Assembly: GCA_964036045.1 (NCBI GenBank)
Contig: OZ038379.1
Coordinates: forward strand, 15,376,001-15,440,000
Direction of reading: 5' to 3'
Length of the DNA: 64,000 bases
Source of the DNA: Eutreptiella sp. 'Long Island Sound 2002'
Lineage: Eukaryota; Protista; Euglenida
The stretch's first letter is position 1. Each line of letters starts with the position of its first letter. Of the stretch, positions 47,201-56,284 are shown piece after piece. The notes under the pieces were generated by a model. It worked only from the letters and a program-made list of their open reading frames with translations. It was not told the origin of the DNA and made no database searches. The translations under genes were made by a program, and so were the position numbers.

Positions 47201-50200
47201 TTTCGGCTAGCGCCGAGGCTTGTAAAGAACACATGAAAATACAACACAAGTAAAGGTCACATGTGGAGCATTCGGAAGTGTCCCTTTTGCCGCAAACTTG
47301 GCAGAGATAGGTATCGTCGTCATCCTCATCAACCTTAGGGGCCACTTCCTCTGACCTTCTAGTGAGAGCCCCACCACTGTGGTAGGAAAGCGCACCCCAT
47401 TGGAGCGGGTGTAGAACACCTTGTCTCCAACATTGAGGTGCATGGTGAACGCAATAGAGGGTCTAAGGCTCAATCATGGTCGGTAACAGATACTGGATGC
47501 CCCCGCCCAGGCAGTTCCAGCCAATTTTCCAAGAGTTCCGCACACAATCAAACTGCTATGCTACATCCAGAAAGAAGTAAGATACAGCCTGTCATGTACA
47601 GCATATAACGTGTGGTACCGGGCGAAATGCAAGTACCTGTCAAAAGCAGGCAATGCAGACAGCACCCGGTCTAAGGACATGAGGGGCAACATATGATGTC
47701 CCGCGGCAGACACCCGAGAATGTATCCCCACAAACCCGGCTCAGGGTGCCCGTTTCCAAAGGTACACACAAGCAAGGGAGGGGAAATGATGCTACCATTA
47801 TGCACAATGGCAACGGCACACTGTGACAATGCTGTGTGGGTGCCCATGCCAATCAGACACCCCCAAAACTGGCTACTAGTGGTGGAAAATAGCCGACTAT
47901 TCGCACATCGCGCACACAGCGCATGGTGCGCCCCCATAGTATAGGAGGGGGGTTGCCCCCCACCCCACCCCCCCAAATGATGAAATGACGATGACTAAAT
48001 TAGGCCAGCCAACACATACATCTTCGCGTTCAGCACAGCCCGCGGATCAATTTGATGGGCCTCATGACATTTTTTGAAAGAAACTTTTTTCGGGATTTTT
48101 AGTACTTTTGGCCCTTCAGAAAAAATATTTGGCGGCTTTGGCGGCAAAATTTTCCCTTTACCATGAGACATCAGAGGGACAAGAGTTTCGTACTCGTCAT
48201 TTCGTCGTCTCGGGGCCCTCAAAGCCCCCACCCCCCTGACCCCACGAAAAGAATTCGGTCACTATCCATCCCTGCACAGAAACATGTGTCTGCCCATTCC
48301 CACACCTGGACCCGCAAATCTTGTATGCTTAACCTTGCACGTACCAAGTAGTGTATCTGCAAGGCAATCACCCCATAATTGTCACGGCATCACTGAGACC
48401 AATGTGTGCAGAACGAACGCACCCTCGAGGCTCCCCCTCCTCGGACCTTAGGCTGATGCATCAGGGGCACTTGGCACGAGGGACCACCCTGGAGAATGGG
48501 GAGCGCAGGGACTTGAATAAGGCCCTCTTGGGGGCCTACAACTCCACAGTCTCCAAAGGTTTGGGGCTCTGTTCAAAACCCTCTTCGTTGGGTTTCGGAT
48601 TTCACAAAGTCGGGGGGCGCCTTGGGGGCTGTACCCCGTGTGTGACATTCCGTCGGGTTGCTGTTTCTTTCCTGGGCCCTGGACAGTCACCCGTTCTTCC
48701 CTTCACATGCTGCGTTGGGTCGCCACGTTCTATTGGCCGCTGCAGCCTGTGTTCCTGCTGGTGTCGTTTCCGCATCAGCAGAGCCCGGTAGTTGGCGCAC
48801 CGGGGTTGTGCTGGTTGGTGCAGGGGTCGTTTTACGGTTTTCACTGCCCACTCCCCTCCGCACTCAGGTGGTCCACCCCATGCCTCGCTGCGTTGCCGTG
48901 TACGTGCGGCCCAACACTTCCCTAACGGTCCAACCTGCGCCGCAGGGGTCCCTTTGGTGGCCCAAAGGGCGCTGTATCCCCTGCGCGCGCCACCAACAAA
49001 GGGATTCCACGGCGCTGCAGGGGTCCCTCCGGTGGCCAAAAGGGCGTGGCATCCCCTGCGCGCACCAACCCCTGTGGTGACCGCCGGCTATCGCGGTAGG
49101 CTCCGTGGCCGGATACCTGTGCGGGTTCCACTTGTGGCGTTGAAGTCCGTGACGCATCCTGTTGTGCGAAAAGGCGCCCCCCCAAAGTACCTGCAGCACC
49201 CGTCCGGATGTGCTGCATTTATGTGTTTGTGTGCGTGCAGCCACAAACTCGGAGTGGTCATGTTCTGTGGAACAGAGGTGACCTCCCCCATTGCATCCTC
49301 CTCTGCTCTGTCACAGTGTCACAGTGTCAGACACCAGCCACGAGATGTCTCTCCTGCGTCCGCCCCTCCCTCCCTCCCTCTACGTGCAATCACGCACGCC
49401 TGCACAAGCCGTCTCCCCCCTCCCCCTCCACCTCCCTCGCGGTCACCTGCTTATCCACGCCAACCCTCCGGTTGTTGAACTTCGGGCCATAAAGACACTC
49501 ACCGCACATCTTTGCAGTGTCGACAGAGTGCGGCTTTTCCACGAGGCATTTGTGGCACCGGATGCGGTCGCACTGCGAGCACTTGTACTGGGGGCGGAAG
49601 AAGGAGAAGGGGCTTCCACATCCATCGCAAGAGTCATCGTCCTGGTCATCGGCCCCCAGGGCTGTGGACGCCTCTGGGCTGCTGATCACCTGAAAGCGCA
49701 TGTCGCCATCCACAGCACCTCCTGCAGTACTTCCCAGTCCCAGTTTTGAGGGTCCCGTGCATGAGGCGCTCCGTCCCCCAGTGGCTGAGTGAGTGCGACA
49801 GACCTTCGATCCGTGCGTTTAAGCTGCCATTCAGCAGAGAGAGCGCATGCGTGCACGATTTTGCGTCGCGACCGTGAGAGAGATCCGCTGCAGAACATCT
49901 CTACGGGTACCGCCGCTGCGCAAAACCATGCGCGCACGCGCCCTACCCTGCGGAATCGCAGCACAAGCGCGATTCCCTGGCACCTTCCGCACGAGCAACA
50001 CCGATGAGGCCCCGGGTGTTGTTCATCTGCACGCGACAGTCTGGCACACACCACCACAATTGGAAGGCAACTGCCCCAGCCCCCCCCCCCCCCCCGCCTC
50101 GCCGCCGCCGGACCGCTTTCGCAACCGTTCCGTGATAATACAACTCCATTCTGCAAACCCCCCGCCACAACCCCATGGGCGTGAGGCCGGTGCATACACG

Positions 50201-51428
50201 GATCCGGGTGACCTGCACACCCGCGGAGCAGGTGCAACCGCTGCAGCGGAGAACAGGGAAGCCGGAGTCGCCAGAAAGGCGTCCGTGCCTACCTCTTCCC
50301 GTTGGCCGGTCACACGGCAACCGGCACCAGACATGCGGCACGTGTCTGGAGCAACAATCGGCGCTCATTAGAGATCACCCCCGTGTCATGCACGGCCCAA
50401 CAACGCGGCCGGGGCATGTACAGCACTCCGCAGGACTCACGCACATCGCATGCGTGACCGAGTAGACCTCAGCTCTCCCCATCACCTCTCAGTACCCGGA
50501 CACCAGCGGCAAGTATGCCCATCACGCCCACCAAGTCGGGCAAAGGAAGGCGGAGGCCTAGTGCCCAATCCGGTCCCTCTCCAGGGGTTTTGCTTAACCG
50601 CCGGGGGGGGCGGGGGGATGATGTGAGATACCCACCACTCCTCCACAGTGTTGGAGAACCCAGGGACTCAAAAATATCCCACCCCCACGGGGGCGGGGGG
50701 GGAACCATTCACTGAATCGTGCGAGTTCATCCAGAATTCCACCGCCAAGGGAGGGGGGGGAGGGCTGTTGGACACCCACCCGACCACCCACCCACCCAGG
50801 CATCCCAGCCACTCACCCAAAGGCAAAGAGGGGCAAGAAGTTTCTTCCGGCGCCTTCGGAGGAGACCCACACGCCTCCCAAAATGACCCACCACCACGGA
50901 GGGGGCGGGGGGGGGGGGGGATGGGTTGACACCCACCCACCCCCGGAATTCTGAAATACCCTTCCAGGGGGTCGGCCAAGCCAGACGCACCCAGCCCTCT
51001 CCACGCCCCCCATCGAGATCCCATACCGCATGGCTGCTGGTCATTTTAAATGCGTCCGCTTCATTTTGATGGGGAACGCCGCCCTTCCCTTTCCCCTTTG
51101 CACAGTGGCGGCAAATGCCGGTGGGCTGCGTGCGCTCCAGCTGCAGGACGGGGGAGCTGCAGCAGTCCGGACACAGCGTGCTCCCGCACTTCGGGCACCA
51201 AATACGGCGCACCGGCTCGAACTGCCGGTCACAATGCGCACACTGTGCTGCGGTGCAATCCAGCCCGCGCCTCTCGGCCCGCATTTTTCGATGCCGCCGC
51301 TGCTTCATTCGGGCCACGGCCTCGAACTCCGCAGCAAGGCCCCCAGTAGCAGCTGCGCTGGTGGAACTATCAGCCTCTGAGTCCGGATCCATGGAATCGG
51401 AGGACTCCTGCTCAACATCGGGTGGCAT
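37780..51428 (-). CDS. Triple FYVE-like zinc finger, F-box and CAMK-like Ser/Thr kinase; 9 exons, about 780 aa
   Basis: join(51027..51428, 49447..49689, 46371..46547, 45279..45402, 44742..44971, 44024..44237, 42556..42777, 39823..40088, 37780..38244) = 2343 nt, with all GT-AG introns and consistent phases (0,0,0,1,0,1,1,0). Kinase motifs: GQGAFGMV, AVK, EIDIH, HRDLKLDN, DFG, CGTLRYCAPE, DIFSLG, RP...ALAHPW. Confidence 0.85.
39823..40088 (-). CDS. Kinase gene exon 8 (end of insert and APE)
   Basis: ttggcag|GC GSRNG...LCTPCGTLRYCAPEVLAVSGHYRKIPHE|GTATTG. Confidence 0.85.
42556..42777 (-). CDS. Kinase gene exon 7 (DFG and start of the long insert)
   Basis: cccgcag|GA AMRVYVIDFGLSKY...; phase-1 donor CAT G|GTCTGC inferred from the phase of the next exon. 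Confidence 0.8.
44024..44237 (-). CDS. Kinase gene exon 6 (subdomains V-VIb)
   Basis: cattgcag|VVQTRTDVFLVM...VVHRDLKLDNIIIGQEN G|GTATGG. Confidence 0.92.
44742..44971 (-). CDS. Kinase gene exon 5 (subdomains I-IV)
   Basis: tcctcag|CC INRLEDYY...LLGQGAFGMVYAAECKRTGQPRAVK...EQEIDIHFRLDHRNTVRMYE|GTGTGT. Confidence 0.92.
45279..45402 (-). CDS. Kinase gene exon 4 (F-box-like motif)
   Basis: cctctgcag|YDLALYMIAFLNRESRAACNLVSKRFQRLT fits the F-box pattern. The phase-1 donor is ambiguous: GT at 45278 or GC at 45296. Confidence 0.7.
45628..45856. repeat. Degenerate (GGCGGTT)n / (GGTGGTT)n G-rich array, followed by GGGCGGTCCTT repeats
   Basis: About 30 heptamer-like units. GGGCGGTCCTT occurs at 45547 and four times at 45863-45913. 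Lies in the kinase intron between the FYVE3 and F-box exons. Confidence 0.9.
46371..46547 (-). CDS. Kinase gene exon 3 (FYVE finger 3)
   Basis: cctttgcag|VEKCLVCSASFGLLRWRHWCRRCGRTICEDCS...CICKRCFVPKIFRLQ|GTGTTC. Confidence 0.88.
46690..47940. mobile_element. Degenerate copy of the Harbinger-like transposon family (composite), in kinase intron 2
   Basis: Blocks at 46695-46815, 47225-47330 and 47780-47935 are direct repeats of 51870-52030, 52046-52190 and 52380-52530. The minus strand at 47220-47345 reads DEDDDDTYLCQVCGKRDTSECSTCDLYLC, like the tail at 25540-25700. Confidence 0.65.
48630..48860. mobile_element. Dispersed SINE-like repeat family, copy 3
   Basis: Core GGACAGTCACCCGTTCT at 48681-48697 plus matching flanking blocks. 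Confidence 0.75.
49447..49689 (-). CDS. Kinase gene exon 2 (FYVE-like finger 2)
   Basis: tttcag|VISSP...CDGCGSPFSFFRPQYKCSQCDRIRCHKC...MCGEC...VDKQ|GTGACC. Confidence 0.85.
51027..51428 (-). CDS. Kinase gene exon 1 (FYVE-like finger 1)
   Basis: MPPDVEQE...CAHCDRQFEPVRRIWCPKCGSTLCPDCC...ICRHC; donor GCG|GTATGG; AG acceptor-like site (tgtcttag) 11 nt upstream of the ATG. Confidence 0.8.
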
Positions 51429-51859
51429 GGCGGGGAATACTAAGACAGCACACGGAATTGTATGTGACTGCAGGGTGCAGTTTCATCAGGTAGCAAAAGC
51501 ACTTGCCAAGAGTTGTGCACAAGGTGTCATTCACAATGTGCACGCAGAGTAGGCGCAAAACAGAACCAGTGCCTATTCTGCAAACCGACAAGCTTTGCAA
51601 CATGAAGCAACAGCCCCCACCCACAAAAAACCCTCCTCTTGGTCTTCACATACCAGAGGGTCCACCGATTGCCTGATCTTCACGGGACTGGAGTACGGCG
51701 GGTGAAAACAGCATTTTGGGGGGGGGGGGGGGTTCGAGCCACACACCCTCCTTGTTTACAGTAGGGGGGCGTTGGAAAAGGGAGTCCTGTGACTGAACGC
51801 ATGTTTTGCTCCAGAAAAGCGCTGTTTGGGGTCAGTAGGGGGGCGTTTTCGCACAGCGC

Positions 51860-52530
51860 GGGCACAGTGCGCGCACAGCGCCAATTATTGCACTGTTTAT
51901 CCCGGTAATACCTCTGAAAACCACCCACCTACAGAAGCATGCATGCTCAATTCCAAAACTGTGCAATTGAAACGTCTCGTGTTCTCAACGTCACATTTGT
52001 CCAAAAAACATATATTGGAACCAATATATTTGGGTTGCATGTGTTAAAGAACACATGAAAATATATGAAGGGCTACTTCAATCTCACAAGGATGTTCACG
52101 CATGCAACCTCAACACAAGTAAAGGTCACATGTGGAGCATTCGGAGGTGTCCCTTTTGCCGGAAACTTGGCAGAGATCGGTATCATCATCCACCTTTGGT
52201 TTGGGAGAGTGGTTCGCGACATTTGGCCGGGGTCACATCAAGAGTTGCATGCCAACACATGTATCCTTCTCCATTTTTCACAATTTATGTTGCGGAGACA
52301 AAAATGGTATCAGCCCTATAGCCCATGGGAACACATTCCTTCTTCCATTTGGGCACAGGAAGTGGCCCCTGTAGTGGGGGAGGGAAAATGATGCTACAAT
52401 TATGTACAATGGCAACAGCACACACTATGACAATGCTGTGTGGGTGCCCATGCCAATCATACACCCAAAAAACTGGCTACCGGTTGGTGGAAAATAACCG
52501 ACTTTTCGCACAGCGCACGGTGCGCCCCCT
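51860..52530. mobile_element. Degenerate Harbinger-like family copy (rearranged)
   Basis: Plus strand 52195-52350 VVRDIWPGSHQELH...ILLHFSQFMLRRQKWYQPYSPWEHIPSSIW is homologous to IVRNTWRGSSTQLH...ALLHLQQFLIRRQVRYPPYGPWEH at about 25730-25870. The minus strand at 52110-52195 encodes the Cys-rich tail. Confidence 0.7.
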
Positions 52531-53412
52531 AGGGGCTCGAACTCGGGCCGCAAAGCGCCCCTGATGTGAGGGCGGTACCGTGTCAAACCCCAATACGTCT
52601 GGCAGTTATGTGGGCTGCGGTTTCTTCGGTGTGGCTTGGCAAGCGGTTTTGGGTGCATTGTTGTGGTTTTCGCCAACGCATGGCTTGTGCGAGTGGTTGC
52701 TGGTGGGGCTCGGCGTGTCCCCAAATCCGTCTTATCATATGCAACCTTTGTTAGTACTTTTGTAGAGGTCTCGCCATTTCACAGGACTCCCAGGGCTCCC
52801 AGCACAGGTTTCCTCGGAGCAATGGCGAAGCAAAGTGATACCTATGTACACCGCCTTCCCCATTTTTACCTCAGGTCTACCGAACGGCGTGTCCAACGAT
52901 CACTCCCGTTCGGACCCCATTTTTTAGAAATGTGTTTGGGTACACATTGAGAGTGGGCGTCATCAGTGAGCAAGGAAGGCCACATTTCATGACGAAGTTC
53001 AGAAGTATGCGAGCCATAACCAACCAACGCAAACAGTACTTTCCCATACTTCGTTTGGTCTCTCTGCACACCGTTTATGTAGGGCACCTTGGGTTGTCCT
53101 GTACCTATACTATCAGGAGAAGAGTGAGAGTGTGTGTGCACGGAGGGGCGGACTGGCAAGCTGTCACACACTGACCTGTGTTCCCCTTGCTGGCCCTTGC
53201 ATTCCCCACCCCTAACACACCCTAGGCACAAGTTACCCAGCCCATTCAAAGCACAATGCGATGGAGGCCTCCAATTAGCACTTTTCAGAGCAAAAGCCCT
53301 TGTTGCGGTCCCGCTTCATGTGGAAAAGCTGAACATGCTCATTCCGTGGAAGGCCCAAGAGTTGTGGCTTCTACAAGCTCACCAGTGCGGTACCACTTGT
53401 ATAGCACCTCCC

Positions 53413-54347
53413 GGCCGGGTACAAGCAGAGAATAAGTCATGGTGGGCAATAGAGGTCCTGTAGTTGAGGGACACCATTCCCTCACAACCTGCTTTACAAA
53501 TTTGCTCACCCTTACTTCAAGATACATCACAACAGCCCCTCATTTCCCCAAACCTTTCACCTAAAACCGCGGTTCTAGAGCCCGGTACCTAATTACGTAC
53601 CTATGAATTAGATCCTCAAAAATACGGTCCGAACGGAAGTGTTCATTGGACACAGTGTTCGTTGGACACGGGAGGGGGCGGGGGGTACAACAATGCAACA
53701 AGGAACTTCGGGGACAGATTTTTTTGCGGTGGGTCAACTACATTATTTGGCACAACCAGTCTAAATTTGTTAAGCGGGAAAGAAACCAAAGTGGCTACAT
53801 AACGTTTGTGAAATGTCTGAACAGGCATTGACAAAATTTTTCAGCCCCATCGAAAAAAACAGGGCAGTTTGACCAAACTATACCCCGCATTGAGAATTCG
53901 AACGCCCCCCCCCCCCTAGCCCCTGACCAACCTTCATCCTTTGAGCACTCGGTTGTATATGTAGCTTGGACAAGGGGTGCTCTGGAGATCCAGTGCAGAG
54001 TGTGCAGTGCAGGTGCCTCCTTCTGCCCTGCAAGTGCTTGTCTCTGACGTCTTCATCAAAAAGCCCCAAACACAGAGATTGCAGTGCACGTGCTTCTTTC
54101 AGCCCCCAAACAATCTAGTCCACTTGTGGTGCCCAAACGGATGAATACAGCTCATTTTGAGCCCCTTTTGAGCCGCCCTCATCCACTTTCCTGTGTACCT
54201 CATTTGTGGTTGAAGTCTCCTAGACGATGTTCCCTCCCCCACCAGCTTGGTCCCAATATCCAATCCTGGTTAGGGTTAGGGTCACCGAGCTGGTGGAACC
54301 AGTCTTGGTTTTATAACCCTCTTTAGTGTCTAGGGTGGACCTACCAG
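53413..54347. repeat. 935-bp direct repeat, copy 1 (left flank of the YR element; target unit)
   Basis: Matches 60817-61732 except an 18-nt indel, one C in a homopolymer and the three substitutions I could see. Contains GGTTAGGGTTAGGG at about 54269-54282. Confidence 0.95.
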
Positions 54348-54388
54348 TTTGCACAAGCAGAGCACAAGAAAACTGCACAGGACTTGGG
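54348..54388. repeat. Split direct repeat B2 (3' terminal, 41 bp)
   Basis: TTTGCACAAGCAGAGCACAAGAAAACTGCACAGGACTTGGG, identical to 54693-54733. Confidence 0.95.
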
Positions 54389-54626
54389 ATGGCAGTACTG
54401 AAGTATCACCAAGGCCGGAATTCCGGCGGTTGTATGGACGGGTGCGCTGCGGACCACTCCGCTGGATGCGGGACCCCACTCTGATACGGACCCTGACCCT
54501 ATACCCTGGTCCACACGCTGCAGCACGGTTAGATCCCCCACTCTACCCGAGGGAATCGGTTTCAAAAGGGACAGGAAAGGGCAGGTGCTCTCAGGGGGTC
54601 AGCCGGTCAGTGGGTGGGTGGGCGGG

Positions 54627-54733
54627 CAAAGACAGGAAAACTGCCTAAACATTGGAGACGCAAACAAAAGTTGAGACGAGGCACAACTAGTGTTTGCACA
54701 AGCAGAGCACAAGAAAACTGCACAGGACTTGGG
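54627..54733. repeat. Internal B1-A2 junction (copy of the predicted circle junction)
   Basis: The 66-bp A copy (54627-54692) directly abuts the 41-bp B copy (54693-54733): ...ACTAGTG|TTTGCAC... Confidence 0.92.
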
Positions 54734-54984
54734 TATTCATTCTCCGCTGTACCCAGATCCCACACCACAGGTCCCACATCCGGTCCAAGCCCCAGAGGAA
54801 TGTGAACTGAGGTAGTATTCAAGCAAAAGGCAAAGCAACAGAAGCAACCCCCCCCCCCCCCTCGACAACCAGGGGACCCGCCACCGTGCACTGCTGACCC
54901 GCATCTTCCCGAGACACGGCGCCGCGCTCAATGGCAGAGGCCAGAGGCTGAAGTGGAGGGAGGTCAGGAATCGTGTCTTGCACC

Positions 54985-55700
54985 GGGCCCAAATCAGCAA
55001 CGCCACCCCCGGCGGACCCCTCCAGCGGCCGCGCCGCCCGGACAGTCACCACAGTGGACAGACACAGGTGGTCACGACGGTCATCGTGCCCCACGAACAG
55101 ATAAGGCGGGTAAATCGCACCAACCGGCCGTCAGCCCCAGCCGGACGCGGAGTGAGGTCGGCCCAAAAAGGTATCCGCCATATCCTGGTATCCACCACAG
55201 GGTCCACAACCTAAGCCCGGCGGTCTCCTCCAGCGGCCACGCCGCCCCGGACAGCCACCACAGCGGACAGATACAGGCGATCACGACGGTCGCCTTGCCC
55301 TGCGGACAAAGAGGCGGTCTAATCGCACCAACCGGCCGTCAGCCCCAGCCGGATGCGGAGTGATGCTGGCCCAAAAAGGTGAATAAATAAACACCCAGCG
55401 GCCGTGCAGCCAACCATGTAAAAAGATAACACAACAGGCGCACCCAGCGGCCACGCCGCCGGAGTCAACCTCTGCAGAGGGCAGATACAGTCGAGCACGA
55501 CTGTCGCTGAATCTCACAAACGGTAAAAGGCGGCCAGTCCTCGCACCCGGCCTTCAGCTCCAGCGGAATGCGGACCGACGCGGCCCAAAAATACAAACCC
55601 AAAGTAGCACCCAGCGGCCAAGCCGTCAGGGACACCCACTGCATCGGGCAGGCACAGACGACGACGACAGTCGTCAGACCTCACGGGTTGAAGAGGCGGG
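54985..55700. repeat. About 3.5 diverged tandem units of 170-210 bp in the 3' region of the YR element
   Basis: Recurrent blocks CCAGCGGCCACGCC (about 55020, 55230, 55444, 55612) and CGGCCGTCAGCCCCAGCCGGA...GGCCCAAAAA (about 55124, 55334, 55550). Confidence 0.85.
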
Positions 55701-56190
55701 CAATTCGCAACACCAGCCCATACCGGGCCTGGATCCATATATAGGGTACAGCAACCCTGCGTCCCTGGTTCCAGTCCGTTAGGGAGGCCACCGCGACTCC
55801 CCCCGGCAGCCTTACCTCCCAGACCTGGCAGCAGGCATGCCGCCCTGGGGGCTTGACGCTGCGGCCGCCGGGGGTCGTGCGGCGGTGCGGCGTGCCTCCC
55901 GCGCGCGCGGCCACGTCCCGGACCGCCCGTTCCAAAAATCCCTCCCTGTCGTCAGGGAGGGGGCACTAGGGGCACAGGCGCACCCCGTTGCCGAGCAGCA
56001 CCCGGCGGACGGGCAGGCGCGCCAACCTGCCGCGAAGGCGGGTGCGGAGCACGCTGCTCCACCTCGCCGCCCGGCGCTGCTGGGCGTCCGCGGAACGCTG
56101 GTGCCGTTGTCCGCCATGGCGACCCTTTCGGTGGGCTCCACGGGAACCCCGTCGCTTGTGGGCGCCACGCGAGCCCCGACGCTTGGTCAT
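55681..56190 (-). CDS. Putative accessory ORF4 of the YR element: Arg-rich basic N-terminus, interrupted by one TAG (55966-55968)
   Basis: MTKRRGSRGAHKRRGSRGAHRKGRH...RLCP*CPLPDDREGFLERAV...LFNP*. The duplicated 9-codon repeat differs only at synonymous sites. Confidence 0.55.
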
Positions 56191-56284
56191 AGGTGCGGAC
56201 AGCAAAAGAAAAAGGTTGCTACATGGAGGGCGCATGCTCTGCCGCCGCTGCTCTGCTGGGGGGGGGGGGGGTGGGGGGGGGGGG

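Noticed and set aside
53230-53400. Gypsy integrase zinc-binding remnant (LLRSRFMW)
   Set aside because: A single short motif with stops, and no supporting domains nearby.
54985-55700. HDV-like or hammerhead ribozymes in the 3' repeats
   Set aside because: There is too little sequence between the putative P1 strands for P2, P3 and L3, and no CUGAUGA...GAAA core with proper stems. Not supportable by eye.
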